Source: a virus
Taxonomy: Duplodnaviria; Caudoviricetes
IMG/VR virus record: IMGVR_UViG_3300032225_000825
Span: 1-26,381 of that record
Direction: 5' to 3' (one strand)
DNA: 26,381 bases
Shown here: in pieces, positions 9,388-16,904 of the stretch
Layout: every line of letters begins with the position of its first letter
Position numbering within the stretch: the stretch's first letter is position 1
Program-made: the position numbers and the translations under genes
The notes under the pieces: model-generated
What the model saw: only the letters and a program-made list of their open reading frames with translations
Told to the model about the DNA's origin: nothing
The model's database searches: none

Positions 9388-11190
9388 TTACTCAGCGGTC
9401 TTTTGGCTGAGGTTAATGACCACAAACTCAGCAGGGTACTCGAGGGCCACACCGACTTCGATGTGCACCTCACCAGCAGCGATTGTAGCAGCGGTATTGT
9501 TTTCAGCGTCACACTTGATGTAGTAGGACTGCTCGATAGTGGTTCCTCGCAGACCACCCTGGTTACGGTACTCGTTAAGGAACGTACCGATCGTGGTGGT
9601 AAGTCTGGCCCATAGGCGCTCAGTGTTGTTCTCGAACACCGCAAAAGTACAAAGGTCATTAAGGCGCTTTTCCAAGTACGTGAGCGAGCGACGCATGTTG
9701 ACGTAGCGGTTAGCAGTTCTGTCCTGCTTAAGCGTACGTCCACCCATAATTACGATTCCTGCTCCAGGAACGTTTCTAATGGCATTAACCGCATTCATAT
9801 TTGCGGTAAGTCCTGTAGTAGTTACAGCCGAGTTAAGAGCGTCAAGCTCTGCGGGGCTAAATGCACGCTCAATGGCCACAGCGTCCGTAATCTTGGCATC
9901 AATACCCGCAGGAGTCTTGAATGGACCCACCATGCGGTCTGTGTTGAGGTAGGTACCTACAACCGCACCCGACGGTCCAATACGGCGAACTGACCCACTA
10001 GAACGTCCCGCAGGGTCTTGAATATAGATGTGCGGATAGTAGACAGCTGCACGGCTTGACTTAGGCGAAAGGTTTCCCGATGCCGTCAATGCCTCATTGG
10101 CGGAGAGTCCGCTTGCAGTTTCAACAACCACAAAGTGGCGACCATTGTTCTTGGGGGCTTCAACCCACTCAATAAGCGCGCTATACACAAACTTGGCCGT
10201 ACTCCAACCAGCTGGAGTAGAGGAGGCCGTGTTTGCTACCTTAGCAATAACATCTGGTAAGAAGAACACCAGAGGGCGGTCAATCTCCTCAAACTTCGTG
10301 AAGTTGAGGCAATCATCCACTTTAAACGTTCCGATGTTGCCTGATGATCCAACAGGGTCGTAACCGCTTTGGGGAGAGCTAACAAAGTAGTTGCCCGTGT
10401 AGTCACCGTAGGTCAACGAAACCTCTGGGGAAGGAGCTCCTGAAAGCGGATAGATCGTGTCAAGTTTTGGTGCCGTTGCCGTGGCGTGCCCCGACCAGAT
10501 GTCGCCAACAATGTAGGTCGTAGTTGTGGAAGTAAGAGTCCCGTTATTCAACGTATACTCAACAACAGGCCCTTCAAGAATCTTGATGTAGGCGGAACCA
10601 AAACCAATGACAGTTGGGGCGTAATCACTGGAGAGAGCATCATCAAAGACAACTCCAGTAAACTGCTCCACAATAACGTCGTCTGCAGCATTAGTTTGAC
10701 TAAAAACAGTAGAGCCTCCTACGGTTGCATAGTCGTAAGTCCCTGCTTCATAGTACACAGTGATGTCGTAGTAGTTAGATTGACGTACAGCTGTTGACTG
10801 AGTGATTTTTACACGGATGTTGTTTCCATCAATACCACGGTATTTAGCAGCAATCGTCATGAACGAGTGGCCTGCATCCTCCGCCGTGTTAGGGATAGCT
10901 ACCTTAGCGACAGGCTTAGCGAGCGCAGGAAGAACGCGCAAAACGTAAAGTTCAGTTCCGCCGTTAATAAAAAATGAGCGAACCGAGTAAGTGGCGGGGT
11001 ACTTTGCGCTGACTCCACCAAATTTCTGAGAGAAATCATACCACGAGGTAACTCGGGTGACGGTATCAGCGGGACCTTGCGGAAAGGCTGCGATAACAGC
11101 GCCTGCCGCAGTAGCTGCAAGTGCACCGTTGATAGGTGCTGCAGCAAGCGGGAGTTCATTCACATAAACTCCAGGACGATTATACGTCAT
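9388..11190 (-). CDS. Contractile tail sheath protein
   Basis: N-terminal YNRPGVYVNE. C-terminal GPFKTPAG, GGRTL...RYVNMRR, FAVFENN, CDAENN and GVALEYPAEFVVI. SD AAGGAG. Confidence 0.97.
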   Translation of the reverse strand: MTYNRPGVYVNELPLAAAPINGALAATAAGAVIAAFPQGPADTVTRVTSWYDFSQKFGGVSAKYPATYSVRSFFINGGTELYVLRVLPALAKPVAKVAIPNTAEDAGHSFMTIAAKYRGIDGNNIRVKITQSTAVRQSNYYDITVYYEAGTYDYATVGGSTVFSQTNAADDVIVEQFTGVVFDDALSSDYAPTVIGFGSAYIKILEGPVVEYTLNNGTLTSTTTTYIVGDIWSGHATATAPKLDTIYPLSGAPSPEVSLTYGDYTGNYFVSSPQSGYDPVGSSGNIGTFKVDDCLNFTKFEEIDRPLVFFLPDVIAKVANTASSTPAGWSTAKFVYSALIEWVEAPKNNGRHFVVVETASGLSANEALTASGNLSPKSSRAAVYYPHIYIQDPAGRSSGSVRRIGPSGAVVGTYLNTDRMVGPFKTPAGIDAKITDAVAIERAFSPAELDALNSAVTTTGLTANMNAVNAIRNVPGAGIVIMGGRTLKQDRTANRYVNMRRSLTYLEKRLNDLCTFAVFENNTERLWARLTTTIGTFLNEYRNQGGLRGTTIEQSYYIKCDAENNTAATIAAGEVHIEVGVALEYPAEFVVINLSQKTAE

Positions 11191-11227
11191 TTTTGTCTCC
11201 TTAATTAGAGGTTAGTATTTCAGGGGG

Positions 11228-11932
11228 TTACGAATTTGGTTCCGTGATTACGAACTCACCAATGCCATCGAAGCTAGCCTCGCGGCCACCAGAAGGCATT
11301 TCTACGTGAAGTTCGCGTACCTTATACAATGCTCGGTATGCAGTCTGAGAAATTTCTGAGGAAACTCGCAGGCTTATTGCATTAACAAACAGACGCTTTG
11401 CCTGTTCGGTAGCGTCGCGTTTAGCGACGTTAAGGAGGTCCATGCGTCTAAAAGTAGAAGTGATTGTTTCAGTGTCTCCACTTATCACCTCTTTCTCTAC
11501 GATTTCTAGAACTCCAAATCTAACTAAACGTGAACTAAGTAGTTGAGCTAGAATCTGTCGATCATGACGAGGATGCCTTGACCAAGTAGTTATTTGATAA
11601 TCAATATTCACAGGAATGGGAAGATCTACAGAGAACTCAGTGGGAGGGGTAAGGTTTTGGGGGGTACCTGCGGAAACCACACTTCCAAAGTTTGCGGGTT
11701 TTAAGTACTCCGCGTTTGTAATTCCGCGCATTTCTCTTTGGGTATCCCGTTGAAGATCAATCATGTCAATGGTGATGTAGGGATAGTTTTGCGCACGAAG
11801 TTCTTGATCGGGTTGACCAAACCATACGCCTACTTGTCTGGGAATTTCTTGCCCATCAGCTTTTTGGTCGTATACAACAATCCCCTGAAGTTTTTCGCGT
11901 AGAGCTTTATCTTCTGAAAGTAAAAACGTCAT
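11228..11932 (-). CDS. Tail terminator / sheath-capping protein (gp15 / Pvc16-like)
   Basis: Motifs YPYITID and PIPVNIDYQITTWSRHPRHDRQIL. Immediately upstream of the sheath gene. Confidence 0.65.
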   Translation of the reverse strand: MTFLLSEDKALREKLQGIVVYDQKADGQEIPRQVGVWFGQPDQELRAQNYPYITIDMIDLQRDTQREMRGITNAEYLKPANFGSVVSAGTPQNLTPPTEFSVDLPIPVNIDYQITTWSRHPRHDRQILAQLLSSRLVRFGVLEIVEKEVISGDTETITSTFRRMDLLNVAKRDATEQAKRLFVNAISLRVSSEISQTAYRALYKVRELHVEMPSGGREASFDGIGEFVITEPNS

Positions 11933-12246
11933 CGTTTCTTCAGCTCCTTAACCACGTAAGCTTCAAATAACTCGCTAAATCTATCTAGAGGTTCACGGGT
12001 ATTGTTTTTAAAACGGTGGATAGTTCCTTTTCCACTTTGTTCCTGAGTACCAAATTCCAGATCAAAAACAACAGTGGCTGCACCCTCTGCGTGACCTACA
12101 GACATGCCATTTTCCCCGTAACCAACGGTAAGGGCATAAGAAGCTTGCCCCCAACCTTCTTGGGCGGCACTTTCACGCAGCTTTGTTTCCATCTCCCTAG
12201 AGATTTGTTTAGCTGCTTTTTTATATGCGGTAGTAAAAGCCTTCAC
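11929..12246 (-). CDS. Hypothetical protein, possible neck/tail-completion protein
   Basis: 105 aa, with 4-nt stop/start overlaps on both sides. The DLEFGT motif resembles the EFGT motif of HK97-gp10-like proteins. Confidence 0.5.
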   Translation of the reverse strand: MKAFTTAYKKAAKQISREMETKLRESAAQEGWGQASYALTVGYGENGMSVGHAEGAATVVFDLEFGTQEQSGKGTIHRFKNNTREPLDRFSELFEAYVVKELKKR

Positions 12247-12440
12247 TGCTTCCTGCCTGTAAAGGATTGCGGCTTCTCAAAAGAGTTGTTTACGTAACCT
12301 GAGCTAAGCATACCCATCATGACATTGAGAGGGAGGTTGGGCCTGAGACCGTTTGCCCCTTGGGTAAACTCTTTTCGTTCCTCGAATGAAAGATAGTCAT
12401 TAACTTTTTTCCACCAAGGCGTAAAGTCTGGAGAAGACAT
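12243..12440 (-). CDS. Hypothetical protein (65 aa), first gene of the tail operon
   Basis: ATG at 12440 (MSSPDFTPWW) is preceded by AAAGGA. The track start at 12509 falls in the predicted leader. Confidence 0.6.
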   Translation of the reverse strand: MSSPDFTPWWKKVNDYLSFEERKEFTQGANGLRPNLPLNVMMGMLSSGYVNNSFEKPQSFTGRKQ

Positions 12441-12508
12441 CGCAAATATCCTTTTTACAGGCGCAGGTTCTACGTAAACGTAGGTGAGAATCCGCACGGA
12501 GACCCACA
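12441..12508 (-). ncRNA. Candidate structured 5' leader RNA
   Basis: Hairpin GUGGGucUCC-GUGC-GGAuuCUCAC, hairpin CUACG-UUUA-CGUAG, and a downstream CUGCGC complementary to GUGCGG. Confidence 0.4.
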
Positions 12509-12513
12509 CTTCA

Positions 12514-12542
12514 AGGATAGAGGCTTATGGAGCAGTGGGCTG
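12514..12542 (-). promoter_or_regulatory. Putative late promoter CAG-N20-TATCCT
   Basis: Same geometry as the motifs at 18843-18871 and 20150-20178. Heads the tail operon. Confidence 0.55.
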
Positions 12543-12905
12543 GCTAAACTTATTAGACATCCAGTCCTGATTCATTGCTGTCTTATAGGCATGACAATTA
12601 GCACACAAAGTTTGTAGGTTGCTGATGTCGTTGTTTTTTTTATTACCATCAATGTGGTCTACATGAAGTTGGGATGGGTGAAGTGCTTTAAACCCACACT
12701 TTTCACATGCATCTTTTTTGTATTGCCGCCAAGGGGCACTAGCGTTTAAAGTAGCACGTCTATGTGCAATTTTACACCGCCAGTAAATTTCCCCAGAAAC
12801 TTTAAATTTACCCGTAGGAACGATCTTTACTAGCGTCTCGCATACTGAGCAGTAGGCAAGCAAATCTTGCTCATCAATCTCGGTAAGTAAATGGCGTTCT
12901 TTCAT
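12525..12905 (-). CDS. Free-standing HNH endonuclease with zinc-binding Cys pairs
   Basis: CEKCGF...LHVDHIDGNKKNNDISNLQTLCANCH, plus an N-terminal CSVC. Confidence 0.9.
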   Translation of the reverse strand: MKERHLLTEIDEQDLLAYCSVCETLVKIVPTGKFKVSGEIYWRCKIAHRRATLNASAPWRQYKKDACEKCGFKALHPSQLHVDHIDGNKKNNDISNLQTLCANCHAYKTAMNQDWMSNKFSQPTAP

Positions 12906-12911
12906 TTCTGT

Positions 12912-12940
12912 AGCATAGCATTAGGCCCCCTGTCAAACAA
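12912..12940 (-). promoter_or_regulatory. Housekeeping-sigma-type promoter giving a leaderless HNH mRNA
   Basis: TTGTTT-17 nt-TATGCT with extended TGn, then 6 nt to the ATG at 12905. No SD. Confidence 0.55.
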
Positions 12941-12951
12941 GGGGCCTAATG
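12919..12951 (-). terminator. Stem-loop, probable terminator after the basic-protein array
   Basis: Perfect 11-bp inverted repeat CATTAGGCCCC/GGGGCCTAATG, extendable to 15 bp with one G-U pair on the minus strand. Lies 10 nt after the stop at 12962. No clear U-tract. Confidence 0.6.
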
Positions 12952-12961
12952 TTTGTGTTGG

Positions 12962-13105
12962 TTATTTACTTTTAATTGTGGTTTTGCCTTTGGCCACAGC
13001 CTTAGCTTTTTGAGCAGTGGTCTTGCGACCTTTCTGAGAAGTAAGCTTTTTGCCTTCTGCGTTGGTTTCTGAACGCTTGGTCTCTTTACCAAACTTGATT
13101 GCCAT
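12962..13105 (-). CDS. Small Lys-rich protein (47 aa)
   Basis: Not in track. MAIKFGKETKRSETNAEGKKLTSQKGRKTTAQKAKAVAKGKTTIKSK. TAATG overlap with the upstream gene. Confidence 0.75.
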   Translation of the reverse strand: MAIKFGKETKRSETNAEGKKLTSQKGRKTTAQKAKAVAKGKTTIKSK

Positions 13106-13356
13106 TACTTCTTCCCCTTAGCCATGACTTTCTTACGCGCAGCGGCGTCTTTCTTCATGTCTTCCTTCTTGGAGATACCAGGCTTGTCGTGCTTGGCGTC
13201 TTCCTTCTTGAACTTGGCCTTCTGAGCAGGGGTCATGCCACGCATTTCCTTCTTATCCTGGGCCTTGTCTTCTTTTGAATTCAGCCAAGCAGGCTTCTTG
13301 CTGGCTTCTTTACGCTTCTTACAAGCAGCGCACTTACCGCATTTACATGTTGCCAT
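13105..13356 (-). CDS. Small Lys-rich protein with N-terminal CxCxxCxxC (83 aa)
   Basis: MATCKCGKCAACKKRK. TAATG overlaps at both ends, SD AAGGA. Confidence 0.8.
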   Translation of the reverse strand: MATCKCGKCAACKKRKEASKKPAWLNSKEDKAQDKKEMRGMTPAQKAKFKKEDAKHDKPGISKKEDMKKDAAARKKVMAKGKK

Positions 13357-13397
13357 TATTTCTTTTCCTTACCACAGGTGCAATTTCCATTACACAT
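13356..13397 (-). CDS. 13-aa Cys-rich micropeptide
   Basis: Not in track. MCNGNCTCGKEKK*. TAATG overlaps at both ends, and TAAGGT lies upstream of the ATG. Confidence 0.55.
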   Translation of the reverse strand: MCNGNCTCGKEKK

Positions 13398-13555
13398 TAT
13401 TTTACCTTAGTCATTCTTGTCGAAGTGTGCCCTTTTGACACAGCTTTTCCTTTACGCTTTCGCTCCTGAAGGTCCTGTAAACGTTCCATGTTGGAGTTTT
13501 TTCCACGAGTTTTCTTAAACTTATCAAGAGGGCCCTTAGGCTTAGGAGCAGTCAC
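13397..13555 (-). CDS. Small Lys-rich protein (52 aa)
   Basis: Not in track. GTG start in a TAGTG overlap. MTAPKPKGPLDKFKKTRGKNSNMERLQDLQERKRKGKAVSKGHTSTRMTKVK. Confidence 0.7.
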   Translation of the reverse strand: MTAPKPKGPLDKFKKTRGKNSNMERLQDLQERKRKGKAVSKGHTSTRMTKVK

Positions 13556-13731
13556 TATCGTCCCCGTTTTGCAAGGGTCGCCATCTTTTTAACGCCATGC
13601 TTTTTACGACCAACTGCAGCGGCAATAGCCTTGGCTTGCTCAGGACTCTTTCCGCTTTTTTCAACGCTTTTAACTACAGCAGCAAAGCGGCCACCCTGAC
13701 CTAATTTAGCTTTTTTATTTGGCTTTTCCAT
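13555..13731 (-). CDS. Small Lys-rich protein (58 aa)
   Basis: Not in track. MEKPNKKAKLGQGGRFAAVVKSVEKSGKSPEQAKAIAAAVGRKKHGVKKMATLAKRGR. TAATG overlap. Confidence 0.75.
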   Translation of the reverse strand: MEKPNKKAKLGQGGRFAAVVKSVEKSGKSPEQAKAIAAAVGRKKHGVKKMATLAKRGR

Positions 13732-14027
13732 TACTTTTTACCTGCTCTTCGCTTATTCTCTTTGGCCGTATTCTTACCGTGTGCCAGGGGGCGAAGGTTT
13801 GAATCGCGGTCATCTGAGTGCTTATTATTCTTGTGATCCACGTCAGTTCCTTTAGGAAGCTTCCGTCCAGATTTTTGTTCGTAATCTTCTCGAGCTTTGT
13901 TCTTAGATTCAGTTTTCCATCCCGTCGAGGTTTTTACTTTCCAAACGTAGATCTCTCTCCCACCATTTTGAGTTGAGCCTTTATAGGGCCCAAACTTCTT
14001 TCTGGTGCCTATCTTTACCTCAGCCAC
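13731..14027 (-). CDS. Small basic HNH-motif protein (98 aa)
   Basis: Likely GTG start at 14027 (GAGG upstream, 8-nt overlap). Motif DVDHKNNKHSDDRDSNLRPLAHGKN. Confidence 0.7.
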   Translation of the reverse strand: MAEVKIGTRKKFGPYKGSTQNGGREIYVWKVKTSTGWKTESKNKAREDYEQKSGRKLPKGTDVDHKNNKHSDDRDSNLRPLAHGKNTAKENKRRAGKK

Positions 14028-14271
14028 GTCGATGCCTCGCAGTCTTCTTAGCAATCTTTTTGGGCTGGGCAACAAACTGCTTACCAGGCTTGCCTCCATC
14101 TCCCTTAGCCTTTGCACGATTAGTTGCAGCTTTTTCTGCAGGAGTCAGATCTTCCCAAGCTTTTTTAGGAAGATAGCGTTTTTTTCCTTTAGACGGTTTA
14201 CCATCCGAGGTAGTCCACTCTTCCTTAGTCCATTTGTCCAATGAACGCTGAGATTTTGCTTTGGTCGTCAC
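14020..14271 (-). CDS. Small basic protein resembling the C-terminal half of DUF5872-like proteins
   Basis: SQRSLDKWTKEEWTT...RYLPKKAW...GKQFVAQP. GTGA overlap. Confidence 0.7.
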   Translation of the reverse strand: MTTKAKSQRSLDKWTKEEWTTSDGKPSKGKKRYLPKKAWEDLTPAEKAATNRAKAKGDGGKPGKQFVAQPKKIAKKTARHRRG

Positions 14272-14465
14272 TTGTAGCCCCCACCAGCCTTCTTGTATTC
14301 TGCCGCGAGGAGCTGGGCTTTACGGGCCGACCATTCGCCAGGATCTCCGCCTTTGGTTCCAGCTTTGATCTGCTTAAAAAGCCGCTCTCTAAGAGCAGGC
14401 TTGGTGTAATTGCCTGCCTCGTTTACTCGCGACTTTGACTTGGCCGCTGGTTTCTTAGTAGCCAT
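14268..14465 (-). CDS. Small basic protein resembling the N-terminal half of DUF5872-like proteins
   Basis: NYTKPALRERLFKQIKAGTKGGDPGEWSARKAQLLAAEYKKAGGGY. TAATG overlap. Confidence 0.75.
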   Translation of the reverse strand: MATKKPAAKSKSRVNEAGNYTKPALRERLFKQIKAGTKGGDPGEWSARKAQLLAAEYKKAGGGYK

Positions 14466-14680
14466 TACTTAATCCTTGGGTGCTCTCGGTGAAACTTCTT
14501 AGTATCTTTGACGCCTTGCTTAACAGTCTTGGCCCCAGACAGTTTGGTCAGGTTCATGCGTTCTTTTTTTCCTGACTTGCTGTTCTGCTCAACGATAATA
14601 TCGCCTTTGCTACCAGCGCCCTTGTCAACCTTCTTCTTAGTAACAGTGTGTTTTTTGCCACCAGCCGTAATTCGGGCCAT
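14465..14680 (-). CDS. Small Lys-rich protein (71 aa)
   Basis: ATG at 14680 in a TAATG overlap. MARITAGGKKHTVTKKK. Confidence 0.75.
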   Translation of the reverse strand: MARITAGGKKHTVTKKKVDKGAGSKGDIIVEQNSKSGKKERMNLTKLSGAKTVKQGVKDTKKFHREHPRIK

Positions 14681-14970
14681 TACCACTTCACCTTGTTGGC
14701 CCAGTAAGCAGCAGACATCTTGCCTTTAGCAATGTTCTTGGCGTGGCGAGCCTGAAAAGACTCGCGACGCTTGCGGTAGGCCTCAGACTCGCCCTCTTTC
14801 TTGGGGGAGCCTTTTACGCCATGCTGTCCAAAACGAATTAGCTTAACCTGGTCACCCTCTTTAGCAACAACTACGTGAGAGTGCTTGGGGTCGTTAGGGG
14901 TAGCCTTAGGCTTGTTGTAGCCAGACACTCCAGCTCGTGCAAGTCTGGGGTCTTTCTTTTTTTCTGCCAT
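14680..14970 (-). CDS. Small basic phage protein (KLIRFG...RH...AYWA type)
   Basis: 96 aa, SD AAGGA. Motif KLIRFGQ...RRESFQARH...MSAAYWANKVKW. Confidence 0.8.
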   Translation of the reverse strand: MAEKKKDPRLARAGVSGYNKPKATPNDPKHSHVVVAKEGDQVKLIRFGQHGVKGSPKKEGESEAYRKRRESFQARHAKNIAKGKMSAAYWANKVKW

Positions 14971-15005
14971 TATATTTCCTTTGTTCTTTTAGCTTGTTTG
15001 GTAGT

Positions 15006-15221
15006 TTACCATGCGCTCAAAGCAGTTCTTTTCCAGGTGTTCGTTGCAACACAGACGTAGAAAAAACCTGAAGCGTACGCTACCTGACCTGCAACTCCTG
15101 CAGAAGTAGCGGTTGCTGGCGCTGCTACCCAGGGACCCACCTTTGTGTCTAGGTAATCTAGCGCGGTGTTGAGGGTGGTTCCCCAGCTCATTGCATTAAT
15201 GGTTGGTTTAATAAGGGGCAT
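15006..15221 (-). CDS. Small virion fibre/whisker-like protein (71 aa)
   Basis: WGTTLNTALDYLD followed by PATATSAGVAGQVAY...FYVCVATNTWKR, a module typical of phage fibre proteins. Confidence 0.6.
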   Translation of the reverse strand: MPLIKPTINAMSWGTTLNTALDYLDTKVGPWVAAPATATSAGVAGQVAYASGFFYVCVATNTWKRTALSAW

Positions 15222-15223
15222 GT

Positions 15224-15826
15224 TTACTCTCCGTAAGGATCTGCTCCGAAGCCTGCTGCTCCGTAGCCGTATGTTCTGCTCTCCGATTTAGATGGAGAAG
15301 CTTGAGTTTGGAACTGCGGGTCATTGACCAGCTCTTCAGGGTTAACCTGGTTGAAGTCTACCGTAACAACAGCCCAGCGGTATCCAAATGAACCGCGAGG
15401 CAAAACTCGTGTAGGAACGTATACTTCACCACGATAAATAATGCGGTCTTTAATGTGAGTGTTGGGATCTGTGATAAGCCCAGGCAGCATACGCTGAACA
15501 TCGCCTACATTCATAACAAGACGGAGAGTATCTGCAACATAGTAACCGCGTTCGTTCATGACGTTTGTACCGCGAATAACTTGGGCCATAACCACAGGCA
15601 TTTTGAACGGAAGCATCCAGCGCTTACCTTTGCCAGGAACCGAGCTAGAGACGTCGTAAATGTCATCGACAATGTCCGTATAGTTAGCTGTCAAGAAATA
15701 GTCCTGCCAACGGAACCAGTCAACCTCAACACCAACGGTGCCTCCGAGGTCTTCGGCAATTCCCTCATACATAGACTTACTTTCGTAATCCATGTTGAAT
15801 CTGCCCTGAAGCTTAGTTCCGCGCAT
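15224..15826 (-). CDS. Probable neck / head-closure protein (gp14-like)
   Basis: 200 aa with VDDIYD and KDRIIYRGEVY. SD GGGAG. Function inferred from size and from its position upstream of the tail genes. Confidence 0.5.
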   Translation of the reverse strand: MRGTKLQGRFNMDYESKSMYEGIAEDLGGTVGVEVDWFRWQDYFLTANYTDIVDDIYDVSSSVPGKGKRWMLPFKMPVVMAQVIRGTNVMNERGYYVADTLRLVMNVGDVQRMLPGLITDPNTHIKDRIIYRGEVYVPTRVLPRGSFGYRWAVVTVDFNQVNPEELVNDPQFQTQASPSKSESRTYGYGAAGFGADPYGE

Positions 15827-15844
15827 AGTTATCTCCCTAGACTT

Positions 15845-16894
15845 CTATTTTCCCTTATAGAAGACCAGATTGTTTGCCAATCGCTCGTCAGTTGGGTCGA
15901 GTTCAGCCGCTTTAGTTCCCAGCTCCAGTGCTTCTTTAAGGAGCCCTAAGTAGTAGGCCGAAATAGCTGCAAGATCCCAGGGCAATGGGCCCCAAGCAAA
16001 CTCTTCGCAGAGGTAATCTAAGGGCTTGTCTAAAATGTTTAGCGCGCTATTTGCAGCTTCATAGCATTTAGCCCATTCTGATTTCTGATAGTAAAACTGA
16101 GCAAGATCTACCCAGGGCTCGCGCCTTGCTTCATCCTCAAGAGTAGCTGATATAAGCCACTTCTCAGCGTTATCGAGCTCACATTTAGAAAGGTAGCGCA
16201 TAGACGCTGCACGTTCTGGCCGCCACTTTGCTGTAGGAAGATCAAGGTGTCTCCTAAACTCCTTTGCAGCCTCTTCTCGCTGACCATAAAAGTACAGTTC
16301 TCGAGCGTAATAATACGCGTTGCGATCATCATAGGGGTCTTCTTTTACAGATAGAGCTAGTAAAGGAAGGTAGCTTGAGCGCGGTTTAGCCGTATCTGGG
16401 TGGTGGTGAATCTCAAGCCCGCACCAGCCCTGGACCTCCTCGATGCGATCAGCAATGATAACCTCATGTACGGGGTGCTTCCATACGTACCCTTTACGGG
16501 TATGAATTTTATCTCCACCATATTGAAGGCCAGGAGTGCCGTCTTCTTTCCAAGACCAGGTGTATTGGTATCTAGGTCGGGTTATGCCTGATTCAAAAAG
16601 TCTTTCAAGCTCGGGACGCCATCCTTCTTGCAAAGTTTCATCCATATCCAGTGCAACACAATAATCAATGTCCAAAGGAAGGGCAGCAAGAGAAGTGTTA
16701 CGAGCAACATCGAAACGCCAAGGATTAACCCCAATAGAAACCACGTTAATTCCAAGATTTTTTGCTTTCTCAATAGTGTTGTCTGTAGATCCAGTATCAG
16801 CAATCAGCAGATAGTCCGCTTCTTTAGCTGAGTTATACCATGATTCTACAAACTGTTCTTCATTTAGTGCAATAGTGTATACGCCGATTTTCAT
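15845..16894 (-). CDS. Family 2 glycosyltransferase with C-terminal TPR repeats
   Basis: Motifs IALNEE, IADTGSTDNT, FDVARN, DxD motif LDMDE and PVHE. The helical C-terminal half is TPR-like (YYYAREL, WVDLAQFYY, AAELDPTDERLANN). Confidence 0.92.
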   Translation of the reverse strand: MKIGVYTIALNEEQFVESWYNSAKEADYLLIADTGSTDNTIEKAKNLGINVVSIGVNPWRFDVARNTSLAALPLDIDYCVALDMDETLQEGWRPELERLFESGITRPRYQYTWSWKEDGTPGLQYGGDKIHTRKGYVWKHPVHEVIIADRIEEVQGWCGLEIHHHPDTAKPRSSYLPLLALSVKEDPYDDRNAYYYARELYFYGQREEAAKEFRRHLDLPTAKWRPERAASMRYLSKCELDNAEKWLISATLEDEARREPWVDLAQFYYQKSEWAKCYEAANSALNILDKPLDYLCEEFAWGPLPWDLAAISAYYLGLLKEALELGTKAAELDPTDERLANNLVFYKGK

Positions 16895-16904
16895 TATGCT
16901 CCGT

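Noticed and set aside
12931-12936. Perfect TTGACA as the -35 box of the HNH promoter
   Set aside because: It is only 13 nt from TATGCT. The overlapping TTGTTT gives the canonical 17-nt spacing.
14971-15011. TGG-TAAACT as an extended -10 promoter for the basic-protein array, or stop read-through of the 71-aa gene
   Set aside because: There is no CAG or TTG at the -35 position and it is a single weak instance. The short open frame after the stop is expected by chance.
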